Below, piece by piece: positions 1 through 9,739 of a stretch of DNA of 53,206 nucleotides (its first letter is position 1; every line of letters starts with the position of its first letter). Origin of the DNA: Ferruginibacter sp. (GTDB lineage: Bacteria; Bacteroidota; Bacteroidia; Chitinophagales; Chitinophagaceae); the NCBI GenBank assembly GCA_036169975.1, contig JAVHOI010000121.1, positions 1 through 53,206 on the forward strand. Reading direction: 5' to 3'. The notes below the pieces were generated by a model. It saw only the letters and a program-made list of their open reading frames with translations. It had not been told where the DNA came from and did no database searches. The translations under genes and the position numbers were made by a program.

Positions 1-238
1 ATTTTACTCTACTAAGGTTTGAGCAAGTTCACTGTTTTACCCCTTGCGAAGTATAATTATCTGCCTTATCCATTTATTTGAATTACTATGGTTGTCTTGC
101 TAAAGTATGGAGAGACTTTCGGGCATTGAATTTACTCAACCCAACCTCCCGAAAAATCGCATTGGTGTTAAGTTAATTTTAATAAAATTTTCTTTAAACC
201 TTTGCTACTGTATATTATCTTCTTTCTACCAAAATATC

Positions 239-258
239 GCCCCGCTAACCAGCGGGGC
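239..258. repeat. GC-rich perfect hairpin, REP-like
   Basis: GCCCCGCT-AACC-AGCGGGGC, an 8-bp perfect stem in AT-rich intergenic DNA. Confidence 0.5.
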
Positions 259-372
259 TTCCTTAACTTGACGCCAATGCGAAAAATCGGGACAGGCTCT
301 CTTCAATGCCCGCCTGAACGGAACGGACAGGGATAGGGGCTATAACCCATAACCACAAAGGATTTCAGTAAA

Positions 373-392
373 TCCGGTTATTTTTAACCGGA
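373..392 (-). terminator. Possible terminator hairpin downstream of the GT2 fusion gene
   Basis: TCCGGTTA-TTTT-TAACCGGA perfect stem about 100 nt past the stop; only a weak U tract on the minus strand. Confidence 0.35.
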
Positions 393-463
393 CAAAAATG
401 GTACATACTATTTTTAAATCAGCAACTATTTACTTTCTTTCCCTGATAATTATTGATGTTTCA

Positions 464-498
464 CCATTCTTAATTCTTAATTTTTAATTCTTAATTTA
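464..498. repeat. Tandem heptamer array (TAATTCT-like)
   Basis: taattct taatttt taattct taattta at 471-498, overlapping the stop codon. Confidence 0.6.
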
Positions 499-3400
499 TC
501 TGGGATAATACGCCCGGTATATTGAATCGGGCATTAGGGTTTTTCCTTTTGATATAAGGTCATTTTTTTGCTTAAATCCTGCGAAAGCAGCCTTCAGCGT
601 AGCTTTCATTGCAGGATCGGAGTCAGGTTCCTCATCCATATTTTTTGCCAATTTAAATAATGTTTCGTCATTCAGGTGGTAATCGCCCATGATAAAATCA
701 ATAAGATTGCTTTTTGTTTGCTTCATGGCGGTTGCATGGATATTGCGGAAATTATGCGCTGTGTCCAATCCACTTCCTACCCAGCTTGCCAATGACGGCA
801 ACTTAAGATTGAAATTATTTTTCAGGTAAGTCAATAAACTCGGCGTTATATCAACATGCGAAGAAATGGATTCAAATTTTTCGGATCTTTTTAATAATGG
901 CGAGTAAATAATCAGTGGCACATGATACCGGTCTATTTTAGTTGACATGGGTATTTCGGGCATCCGGTGATCGCCTGTTATCAGGAAGATGGTATTTTTA
1001 AAACCAGGCTTAGCCCGGTAATTATTGATAAACGATCTTATGGCATCATCGGCATACAGGATAGATGCATATTGATGATCGTATTTTCTATGTTCGCTCT
1101 TTTGGTTTTCAGAAAAATTTAATTGGCTCATCCGTTGTTCAACCTGAGTCAGGTAATGTTGCTGCTCGTTTACCAGGAACGGGCTATGGGTTGCCACGGT
1201 AAGCACTACCTGTAAAGATGGCTTTCCACCTGTCTGTTCATCCTGCTTATCCAGTACATGCCTGAATAATTCCTTATCACCATATCCCCATGAAAAACCA
1301 TTGTTCTCCGGAAGCCTTGGATAATCCGGGGGAAAGGTTTTTATATCATAAATACCATCTATTTTTTGCTTTTGTAAAAACAGCGCCATGTTATCGAAGG
1401 TGGCATCTCCGCCATAATAAAAAGAAGTATGATAACCATTCGATTTTAAGGTACTCATCAGCGAAAGATGAGCAGGCATTTGATCACCAAACTCATTGAA
1501 CCCGCTGCTGCCAAAAGGCAATGAACCTAACAGCGATGGCAATACCGCAAAAGTGCGGCCTCCATTGCTTAAAAAATTCTCCCAATATAAACTATGCTTA
1601 CTTAGCGAATCGAGAAAGGGTGTAAAGCTGCCGAGGTAAGCATTATCGTTGGTAAAGGCACGGCCTAATCCTTCAACCAGCACTATCACAATATCAGGTG
1701 GGGTAGTATCCCTGTTAAAGAATGTAGTTAATACATCGGCAGTATTATCCCTGTGCAAAAAGGGATAGTTGGCTTCATCTACATAATCAAACCCCTTATT
1801 TTTTTCTACTGGCAGGTTTATTGTTTCGGTTGATTTTGGAAAAAAATGATCATAGGATGAAGCGATAAAATAATTGAGTTTGTTCTTTGCGAGGTTACCC
1901 GCATATTCATCATGGATGTTAAATGTGGTAGCGGAAAAAATACCAGTTATTATCCAGGTAACTGCTATGATGCAGGCAGTAAGATTTATCCATTTGGCGG
2001 CTGCTTTAAACCTGGGGCTAACCCAATTATAAATGGCGAGTAAGCCCAGCGTTACTACGCTGATACCCACCACAATACCAGTATTAATTCCTCCGGAAGC
2101 GCCAACTGTTTGACGGATGTCTTTCATTGAATACCCATACAGGTCGGCTCCAAGCGGTACAAAGGAAAGACTGAAATATTGCATCAGTGCAAGGGAAACG
2201 AGGGTAACAAAAATGCTAAGGCTAATGGTAACAATATCCGCCAGCCGTTTATTGGCCAAAAACAATATGGTGTATAAAATGGCAAATACCAGATTTATTT
2301 TTAGAAAAAATGCGAGGTCATTCAATAATGAAACCAGAAATATATAAGAAGGTTGCCCCGGATATTGGTGAACAACGCCGTTATAAATAAAATCCGCTAC
2401 CCTTAGCAATACAATCATCATCAACCAGCCTGCTGCAATGGACAGGTACGAATAAAAGCCAGTCTTTAGCTTTGTTGCAAGCGAAATGTTTTCTGTAACT
2501 TCTCCCTCCCGCTGTGCACTAAACCCAAGCCTTGTCATTTCGCCCCAGCTATTTTTTTTGAGCAGCAAATCAATGTTACCCCGTATGGCCGACCATACCA
2601 CAAAGGGATGAAAACAGAAGGGTTCAATTAATGCGGTTAATATCAGTTTAGGCACTTCGCCCTTTTTTTTATATTGATTGAAAGTAAGAACTTCCATCAA
2701 AATAGCGAACATGGAATATAACCAGCCAAAGGTTAAAACAAAGCCAAGTAATGCGAAGAAAAAAGGCCAGTTAACAACTCCGATTATGGCAAAAAAAACA
2801 AAACCTAACATGCCAATGAACTCAATAATGGGCGCCAGAAATTCGAAAAAGAACCAATAGGGATAGCTAAGCATTCCCAACAGGCCATACCGCGGATTGA
2901 AGAAAAGAATTCGGTGAATTTTTAATGTTTCAACTGTACCCCTTGTCCACCGGTTTCGTTGACGGCCTAAAATTTTATAGGTAGCGGGCGCTTCCGTCCA
3001 GCACAAAGGATCAGGAATATAGGCGACTTTATAGCGCATTTTATTTTCTTCCATGTAGCGGCGCATACGCACTATAAGTTCCATATCTTCTCCCACCGTA
3101 TTGTGATTATATCCACCGGCCTTAATGACGATCTCCCGGTCAAAAGCGCCAAAAGCGCCCGATATTATCAGTAACCCGTTTAATCTGCTCCAGGCCATGC
3201 GCCCCAGCAAAAAGGCCCGGATATATTCAAGTGTTTGTACGCGGGGTAAAAATTGCTTCGGTAAATTCACATCTAAAAGGCGGCCATTTTGAATGACGCA
3301 GGAATTGGCGATTCTAACTACTCCTCCGGTGGCGATAACCCTTTTATTAGTTTCTTCAATAAAAGGTTTTACCAGTTTTAACAAGGCATCCTGCTCCAAT

Positions 3401-3924
3401 ATACAATCTACATCTATGCAAACTAAATATTGGTTGCTTGCCAGGTTGATGCCGGTATTGAGGGCATCCGCCTTGCCACCATTAACCTTGTCTATTACAA
3501 TAAGTTTTTTGTAAACGGAATTTCTGCTTTTATAAATTGCTTTTATTTGTTTTGCGGGAATATGGACATAGTATAATAAGTGAACTTTTTCCAGATCGTA
3601 AGCCTCTATTAATTTTTGCATGGAATCATCCTTGCTGCCGTCATTAATTACTATCAGTTCAAGCTGGTTGTAATGGATACTTAATAATGACCGTACATTT
3701 TCAATAATATTGGCTCCTTCATTGTAAGCCGGCGCCAGTATGCTTACAGAAGGTGCGTAATTGGAAGATGCCAGCAGGTTATAATCAGTGAAACTGCTTT
3801 TACGCAGATATTTCCTTGTTTCACCAATTGAATAAAGGCCGATAAAAATGTAAGATGTAAGCAGGCTTACCGAATATATTAATATTCCGTAGCTGAAAAG
3901 GTCAAATAAAATTATTTTCCACAT
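496..3924 (-). CDS. Fusion of a processive GT2 glycosyltransferase (IcaA/PgaC-like) and an LtaS/sulfatase-like phosphotransferase
   Basis: N-terminal half has PAYNE, NDGSKD, GGKADALN, DVD, GED and QRNRW motifs plus TM helices. C-terminal half has about 5 TM helices, then VEGLG, GGRT, THSPF and TGDH motifs of the LtaS/alkaline phosphatase superfamily. Confidence 0.88.
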   Translation of the reverse strand: MWKIILFDLFSYGILIYSVSLLTSYIFIGLYSIGETRKYLRKSSFTDYNLLASSNYAPSVSILAPAYNEGANIIENVRSLLSIHYNQLELIVINDGSKDDSMQKLIEAYDLEKVHLLYYVHIPAKQIKAIYKSRNSVYKKLIVIDKVNGGKADALNTGINLASNQYLVCIDVDCILEQDALLKLVKPFIEETNKRVIATGGVVRIANSCVIQNGRLLDVNLPKQFLPRVQTLEYIRAFLLGRMAWSRLNGLLIISGAFGAFDREIVIKAGGYNHNTVGEDMELIVRMRRYMEENKMRYKVAYIPDPLCWTEAPATYKILGRQRNRWTRGTVETLKIHRILFFNPRYGLLGMLSYPYWFFFEFLAPIIEFIGMLGFVFFAIIGVVNWPFFFALLGFVLTFGWLYSMFAILMEVLTFNQYKKKGEVPKLILTALIEPFCFHPFVVWSAIRGNIDLLLKKNSWGEMTRLGFSAQREGEVTENISLATKLKTGFYSYLSIAAGWLMMIVLLRVADFIYNGVVHQYPGQPSYIFLVSLLNDLAFFLKINLVFAILYTILFLANKRLADIVTISLSIFVTLVSLALMQYFSLSFVPLGADLYGYSMKDIRQTVGASGGINTGIVVGISVVTLGLLAIYNWVSPRFKAAAKWINLTACIIAVTWIITGIFSATTFNIHDEYAGNLAKNKLNYFIASSYDHFFPKSTETINLPVEKNKGFDYVDEANYPFLHRDNTADVLTTFFNRDTTPPDIVIVLVEGLGRAFTNDNAYLGSFTPFLDSLSKHSLYWENFLSNGGRTFAVLPSLLGSLPFGSSGFNEFGDQMPAHLSLMSTLKSNGYHTSFYYGGDATFDNMALFLQKQKIDGIYDIKTFPPDYPRLPENNGFSWGYGDKELFRHVLDKQDEQTGGKPSLQVVLTVATHSPFLVNEQQHYLTQVEQRMSQLNFSENQKSEHRKYDHQYASILYADDAIRSFINNYRAKPGFKNTIFLITGDHRMPEIPMSTKIDRYHVPLIIYSPLLKRSEKFESISSHVDITPSLLTYLKNNFNLKLPSLASWVGSGLDTAHNFRNIHATAMKQTKSNLIDFIMGDYHLNDETLFKLAKNMDEEPDSDPAMKATLKAAFAGFKQKNDLISKGKTLMPDSIYRAYYPR

Positions 3925-3972
3925 TTATAGACTTGAATTTTGAGTTGGGTATTATTGAGTTGAAGTTACCTG

Positions 3973-5010
3973 TTAGCTATTATAAACCTTTTGAAGATAC
4001 AAAACAGTTTTGTTTGCAGCCAACTTTATATCTACATCTTTATCGTACTGTAGTGGCTTTAAAAAGGGGAGATCCTGATATGAGCCGGTTTGCATAAATT
4101 CCTTTATGATGCAAAGCCGGTTATTTTTATCAGGTTCACCGGCAAATTGCGAATTCAACTCCGTGGCAGCGGCATTGGAAGGTATTTGTCCCAGACATAA
4201 TATGGCTTCTTTTCGAACCATCTCATTGGGATGGCTCAGGCATTTTACCACATCATCATGAAATTCGATGGCATGTTGTTCACTTATCAGTTTTAACGAA
4301 AACTCCACTACGGAATCATTGGAAGAATTTAACCAGTTTATAATTCCGTTATCTCCGGTGATGGGCTGGTGGGCCAGAAGTTGTAATAAATTCAACTGAT
4401 GCCACCCGGAAAGCGGATAAGAAAGTGTTTTAAAAAAATAAAGGCCCTTATATCCCTGCAAACGAACCATAGCCGTTTGCGCTTCCATACGTACCTTATT
4501 ATCCTTATGGTTGGTAAGTTCTAATATTTTTTCAATGTGTGCAATCTGTTTCATAGCCGCTAACTCCTGTATTCCCTTTGCTTTAATATGCCATCTTTTG
4601 GCTGCTATGCGCTTCAATGATATCTTTTGAAGCTTTAACTGATTGTAAATCCTTTCCACGTTTTCACCTGATACTCCACTTAAACTTTTTTTAACTTTCA
4701 TCAGGCTGCTTAGCAATACTTTTTTTGCGAAATTGCTACGTAATAAAAGTTCAATCTTTGCTGGTAAAGGAAATTTGTGATAGGCTACATTGTTATTTTC
4801 AAGTATAATATCCATTATCCACTCTTCAAGTTTGCCCGCAATCACAATTTTTTTTCTACGAATACTTTTTTTATGCAATTTAATCACCAGCATGCTAATG
4901 ACAAGTATCAATCCGACAAAGGAAAAAAAAATTATCGCCGCATAAAGATACTCCGTTCGCAGAAAGGCGACTTTATTAAGAAAAAATAATTTGTAAGGAA
5001 GTATAGGCAC
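3973..5010 (-). CDS. HEAT-repeat protein with N-terminal TM helix
   Basis: Hydrophobic N-terminal helix; HEAT-like units (LTNHKDNKVRMEAQTAM, LSHPNEMVRKEAILCLGQI); GTG start uncertain. Confidence 0.8.
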   Translation of the reverse strand: MPILPYKLFFLNKVAFLRTEYLYAAIIFFSFVGLILVISMLVIKLHKKSIRRKKIVIAGKLEEWIMDIILENNNVAYHKFPLPAKIELLLRSNFAKKVLLSSLMKVKKSLSGVSGENVERIYNQLKLQKISLKRIAAKRWHIKAKGIQELAAMKQIAHIEKILELTNHKDNKVRMEAQTAMVRLQGYKGLYFFKTLSYPLSGWHQLNLLQLLAHQPITGDNGIINWLNSSNDSVVEFSLKLISEQHAIEFHDDVVKCLSHPNEMVRKEAILCLGQIPSNAAATELNSQFAGEPDKNNRLCIIKEFMQTGSYQDLPFLKPLQYDKDVDIKLAANKTVLYLQKVYNS

Positions 5011-5155
5011 CTTCAGGGGTTTATTTTCTGGTTATTGGGTTTATTTATCATAAAGAATAAAAGAAATCAGTTCCTGACTTAAAAAAATCCTGCTTCTTTA
5101 ATGAACCCAACAGGTTAATTAAAAAGCCAATCATCAGATTACCTGTTCAATGATA

Positions 5156-5524
5156 TTATGCAGCCACCAATGCGGCAAAACGCATTACTCGTAAAGACAA
5201 TTCATTTGGACTGAATGGCTTTGTGATGAAGTCATCCGCTCCAAGATTAAAAGCCTCTAAAACCACGTTTTCCTGCCCCATTGCTGATAATACAATAACG
5301 GATATTTTTTTTTCGAGTTGGTTTTTTATAAAACCAAGAATCTCAAGCCCGGATGTATAAGGCATCATAATATCGGTAATTACCAGGTCAATTTCATGGT
5401 CTTTTATGAGTTGTATCGCATCGCGGCCATTGCTGGCGGTAATTACATCATGGCCATCTCTTTTAAGTTTTAACTCCATTGTTTTTAACATGATGGGTTC
5501 ATCTTCCGCTAATAATATTTTCAT
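5156..5524 (-). CDS. Single-domain response regulator (receiver only)
   Basis: MKILLAEDE, ITDIMMP phospho-Asp, ITKPF; 122 aa with no output domain. Confidence 0.92.
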   Translation of the reverse strand: MKILLAEDEPIMLKTMELKLKRDGHDVITASNGRDAIQLIKDHEIDLVITDIMMPYTSGLEILGFIKNQLEKKISVIVLSAMGQENVVLEAFNLGADDFITKPFSPNELSLRVMRFAALVAA

Positions 5525-5563
5525 AGGTTAATGTTTTCAAGGATGAATAATAAAATATCAGTA

Positions 5564-5920
5564 TTAATTATCAATCTCTTTCAAATGCAATTCCAGGGCT
5601 GCTTTTAGCTGATCAAATTCATATCGTGCTTCCTGTACAAGCTGGTCAAGCCAGCTAATGCCCTCTCCTGATTTTGCTGTAATTTCTATTTTTTCCAAAA
5701 TGCTGAATAAGGTATTTGCCTGTAGCATGCCTGTACTGCTTTTTAATTTATGGGCCGTTTTATATACCGACTCCTGATCGCCCTCATCAAAGGATTGCTT
5801 CATTATTTCCAGGTCAATATGCGTGTCTTTAATGTATAAAACTATTACCTCAATTGTAAAATTATTATCATCCATCTGTTCCAGGAAGCTGAGGTCAAAC
5901 AATTTTTGTTCCGTAATCAT
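5564..5920 (-). CDS. Hpt phosphotransfer protein
   Basis: AHKLKSS Hpt motif, FDLSFL N-terminus, 118 aa helical. Confidence 0.88.
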   Translation of the reverse strand: MITEQKLFDLSFLEQMDDNNFTIEVIVLYIKDTHIDLEIMKQSFDEGDQESVYKTAHKLKSSTGMLQANTLFSILEKIEITAKSGEGISWLDQLVQEARYEFDQLKAALELHLKEIDN

Positions 5921-6303
5921 TGTGTCCGAAATTTTAATAAGGTTGATCGTTTAAATTAAAACTGTTGGTAAAACACCGGGCAGGATGGGAAAATAATTTT
6001 TTTTCAACCCGTTTATTTACTGATAATTTCAATTTGGTTTTCTATCGGTGATATAACTCAATTTCGATTAAATTATTGTATTATTAATAGTAGAAATATT
6101 ACTACACCTGTTCAACTCATACGTTTACATTTGAAAGTTTATAAAAAACTCATTTTTGTAATTACTCCGATTGATTTGAAAATCTATAAAATCCGGTAAC
6201 AATATATCCACCCAAGCGGAGATATTATTATTATTGAACCAACCTGACTTATCAAAGTAATCCTGGATTTTATTCGATATTCACCTTACTCAAATGAGCA
6301 TAA

Positions 6304-8280
6304 ATGGAACCATTGGAAAATAGTATTTCAATTCTCCTAATAGAAGATAATGCCGGCGATCAGGTATTGCTGGAAGCCCATCTGGCGAATACTAATTTGT
6401 CAATAGGGAAAATTACCATTTCATCCACACTCGCGGAGGGTATCAGCTATTTGCGCCGGGAGTCTTTCTCCTTAATATTTCTGGACTTCTTTTTAACAGA
6501 CAGTACTGGGTTGGAGGCTTACATCAAATTGTCTAAAATAAATTCAAAGGTCCCCGTAATTATTTTATCGGGCCTGTCAGATACCTCACTTTCACTAAAA
6601 GCTATTTCATTGGGTGCTCAGGATTTTTTATTGAAAGGAGGCTACGATGCACAATCACTCGAAAAATCCGTACGGTACAGCATTGAAAGAAAAAAGAATA
6701 TCGAATTACTGAAGGAAAACAATGAACGGTATGATATCATATCGAAAGCCACAAATGATATCATCTGGGACTGGAACCTGGTTACTGATAAAGTAAAATG
6801 GATAGGCCAGGGCTTAAAAAATTATTTACCCCCGGATATGGCAGCGGAAGATATCCGTGATGATTTCTGGGTGAGTGGTTTGCATGCCGATGAAAGAAAA
6901 AAAGTTGTTGACAGCCTTTACAAAACAATCGCTTCGGGAGCAAATTCCTGGGAAAGTGATTATCGCTTTTTGAGAAGCGATGGCGGGTACGCCCATATAA
7001 ATTCAAGGGCTTACGTTATTAAAAATGAGGATCAGAAAGCCATCCGCATGATTGGTTCCATGCAGGATATTACCGACAGGAAAAATGCGGAACTTGAAGC
7101 CCAAAAAGCAAGGCTTGAGGCTGAGGAAGCCAGGAAAACCCAGGAGCAATTCCTGGCAAATATGAGCCATGAAATAAGGACACCTATGAATGGCGTAATA
7201 GGCATGACCCAGCTATTAGCCGGTACGGAATTAAATAAAGAGCAAAGAGAATTTGTAGAAATTATTAAAGAATCGGCAGGCAACCTGTTGGTGATCATCA
7301 ATGATATACTTGACCTTACCAAAATGGTTTCGGGAAAAATAATCATTGATAAAGTAGATTATGTATTTGCTGATGTGGTAAAGAACAGCATTCAGATCAA
7401 CAGGTTTAAAGCTGAAGAAAAAGGCATTTTACTAAAAACAGCGATTGATAAAAATATACATCCTGTTTTGTCGGGAGACCCATTCAGATTGAACCAGATA
7501 TTGGTGAACCTGATTAGCAATGCCATTAAGTTCACGGAGAAAGGTGAAGTAAATGTAAGTGTGAATTTGCTGGAAGAAGATGAAGAAAGAGTAACCCTGG
7601 AATTTTGCATACAGGATACCGGAATTGGCATTGAAGAAGATAAGCTGGAAGACGTGTTTGAACGATTTATCCAGGCTTCAGGCGCCACTACAAGAAAGTA
7701 TGGAGGTACCGGGCTTGGCCTCACCATTACCAGGCAACTGATTGAACTCCAGGGAGGCTCGGTACAATTAAAAAGTAAATTAGGCATTGGAAGTACATTT
7801 ACATTTTTTCTGAAAATAATAAAAGGAAATGCCGGAACGCCTGTTTCTGTTATTATGAATGCGGCGGATAGCCAACAATTACAATCGCTTGCCGGAGTAA
7901 AAATTCTTTTGGTAGAAGATAATCTCATAAATCAAAAAGTCGCAGTAAAGATGTTGACAAATCAGGGCGCTAAAGTAGCGATAGCCAATAATGGTTTGGA
8001 AGCGATTGAGATGCTCAGGGAAAAGGAATATGATATTATTCTGATGGATATCCAGATGCCTGAAATGGATGGGTACCAAGCTACGAGGTTTATCAGGAAG
8101 GAGTTGGACGATCCAATCAGCAAAACCCCCATCATCGCCATGACAGCATCCGCCCTTACTTCCGAAAAAGACAAATGCCTGAATGCAGGCATGGATAATT
8201 ATATTACCAAGCCCTTTCAGGCAAAGGAATTATTTGAAAAAATATTATTGCAACTTGAAAAGCCAGCCACTTCAGTTTAA
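6304..8280 (+). CDS. Cytoplasmic hybrid histidine kinase (REC-PAS-HisKA-HATPase-REC)
   Basis: LLIEDN...FLD receiver; IIWDWN...DITDRK PAS/PAC; SHEIRTP H-box; NAIKFT, DTGIG and GGTGLGL boxes; C-terminal LMDIQMP receiver; no TM segment. Confidence 0.93.
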   Translation: MEPLENSISILLIEDNAGDQVLLEAHLANTNLSIGKITISSTLAEGISYLRRESFSLIFLDFFLTDSTGLEAYIKLSKINSKVPVIILSGLSDTSLSLKAISLGAQDFLLKGGYDAQSLEKSVRYSIERKKNIELLKENNERYDIISKATNDIIWDWNLVTDKVKWIGQGLKNYLPPDMAAEDIRDDFWVSGLHADERKKVVDSLYKTIASGANSWESDYRFLRSDGGYAHINSRAYVIKNEDQKAIRMIGSMQDITDRKNAELEAQKARLEAEEARKTQEQFLANMSHEIRTPMNGVIGMTQLLAGTELNKEQREFVEIIKESAGNLLVIINDILDLTKMVSGKIIIDKVDYVFADVVKNSIQINRFKAEEKGILLKTAIDKNIHPVLSGDPFRLNQILVNLISNAIKFTEKGEVNVSVNLLEEDEERVTLEFCIQDTGIGIEEDKLEDVFERFIQASGATTRKYGGTGLGLTITRQLIELQGGSVQLKSKLGIGSTFTFFLKIIKGNAGTPVSVIMNAADSQQLQSLAGVKILLVEDNLINQKVAVKMLTNQGAKVAIANNGLEAIEMLREKEYDIILMDIQMPEMDGYQATRFIRKELDDPISKTPIIAMTASALTSEKDKCLNAGMDNYITKPFQAKELFEKILLQLEKPATSV

Positions 8281-8365
8281 TATGCCGCCACATTTGTTTT
8301 CACATTAAGAAAGGATAGCCTGTTCGCATTTGTTTTAAAATTGCATAATTCATACAAATTTTTAT

Positions 8366-9739
8366 TCAGCATTTCTCTCCCCTGATATGGTAAGCTTTTG
8401 GCTGCACGAAAGCCCTGATGCCCTGATAAGATAAAGTGGTACCAAGCCCGGATTGCTTTCTTCCGGACCAGGGTAATGTTGCACTCACCCTATCGCAGCA
8501 ATTCCAGTAAACACTGCCGGTTTGCATCTGCTTCATTACTACTTCTGCCCGCTCAAAGCTTTTGGAAAACACTGCTGCCGTAAGTCCGTAAACCGTATCC
8601 TGCATTAATTGTATAGCTTCCGCATCATCCTTTACTTTTTGGATTCCAACAACGGGGCCAAATGATTCTTCCGTCATCAGCCTCATTGAATGATTTACAT
8701 TTACCAAAACGGTGGGTTCAAAAAAATACCCATTGCCTTCCGGAATTTTTCCTCCAAATAATATTGTGGCTCCTTTGCTTACCGCATCATTTACCTGGCT
8801 TAATAAAAACGCCTGTTGTTCTTTTCTGCTAAGCGGGCCAATATCCGTCATTTTATCAAGCGGGTTTCCGATAACCAATTTTCCGCATTGCGCTGCATAA
8901 GCTGCCACAAAAGAATCGTAAATATTTTCATGCACATAAATCCTTTCTACTGCGCAACAGCTTTGGCCGTTGTTATACACTACGCCTTCAAGCGCATCCG
9001 CCGCGGCCTTGTCAATATTATCCACATCATCCATTACATACAGCGGATCTTTGCCACCAAGTTCCAACTGGCAAGGCACCATTTTGCCGACAACTTTTTG
9101 AGCGATATATTTTCCCGTGCGGTAACTTCCCGTAAAAAAATATCCGTTCAAAGGCAGGAGCAGCAGCAGTTCACCTACATCCCCCCTGCCTATGGCTGTT
9201 TGAAAACAATTGGAGGGAATACCTGCTTTGTGCAAAAGATTTTGGATGTGCAGGCCGGTCAATGTTGCATATTCCGAAGGCTTATAGAAAACGGCATTGC
9301 CGGCTATCAATGCTGGAATAAAAACATTTACACCTACTAAGTAAGGATAATTCCAGGCAGAAATATTAGCGATTACGCCTAATGGTTCGTACACTATTTT
9401 TTCTTTTGTGGCTCCTTCCAAAGTAATCCATTCCTCTGATAAATATTTTTCGGAATGGTCAATAAAAAATTTGATACGCCCACGTGCGCCATTCAATTCA
9501 TTATAGGATTGTTGCAATGGCTTGCCCATTTCAGCGGTGAGCGTATTGGCCAGTTCATCTTTATGTTCTTCCAATAAATCATAAAAGTTTTGAATCGCTG
9601 CTAATCGTTTGTCCACACTAACCTTCGCCCAATCCCGCTGCCCATTTGTAAGCGCTTCATATTTTGCCGCGATTGTTTCAAGGGTATCTTCCGCTATTTC
9701 CCTGATGATTGTTTCCGTTGCCGGGTTGATAATTTTCAT
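8366..9739 (-). CDS. NAD(P)-dependent aldehyde dehydrogenase
   Basis: AWNYP, FTGS, LELGGKDP, GQSCC catalytic Cys, EESFGP. Confidence 0.93.
   Translation of the reverse strand: MKIINPATETIIREIAEDTLETIAAKYEALTNGQRDWAKVSVDKRLAAIQNFYDLLEEHKDELANTLTAEMGKPLQQSYNELNGARGRIKFFIDHSEKYLSEEWITLEGATKEKIVYEPLGVIANISAWNYPYLVGVNVFIPALIAGNAVFYKPSEYATLTGLHIQNLLHKAGIPSNCFQTAIGRGDVGELLLLLPLNGYFFTGSYRTGKYIAQKVVGKMVPCQLELGGKDPLYVMDDVDNIDKAAADALEGVVYNNGQSCCAVERIYVHENIYDSFVAAYAAQCGKLVIGNPLDKMTDIGPLSRKEQQAFLLSQVNDAVSKGATILFGGKIPEGNGYFFEPTVLVNVNHSMRLMTEESFGPVVGIQKVKDDAEAIQLMQDTVYGLTAAVFSKSFERAEVVMKQMQTGSVYWNCCDRVSATLPWSGRKQSGLGTTLSYQGIRAFVQPKAYHIRGEKC

Noticed and set aside
7392-7928. 178-aa antisense ORF, and similar shadow ORFs such as 8816-9340, 24631-25041 and 25724-26116
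   Set aside because: They lie opposite well-supported genes and show no protein motifs
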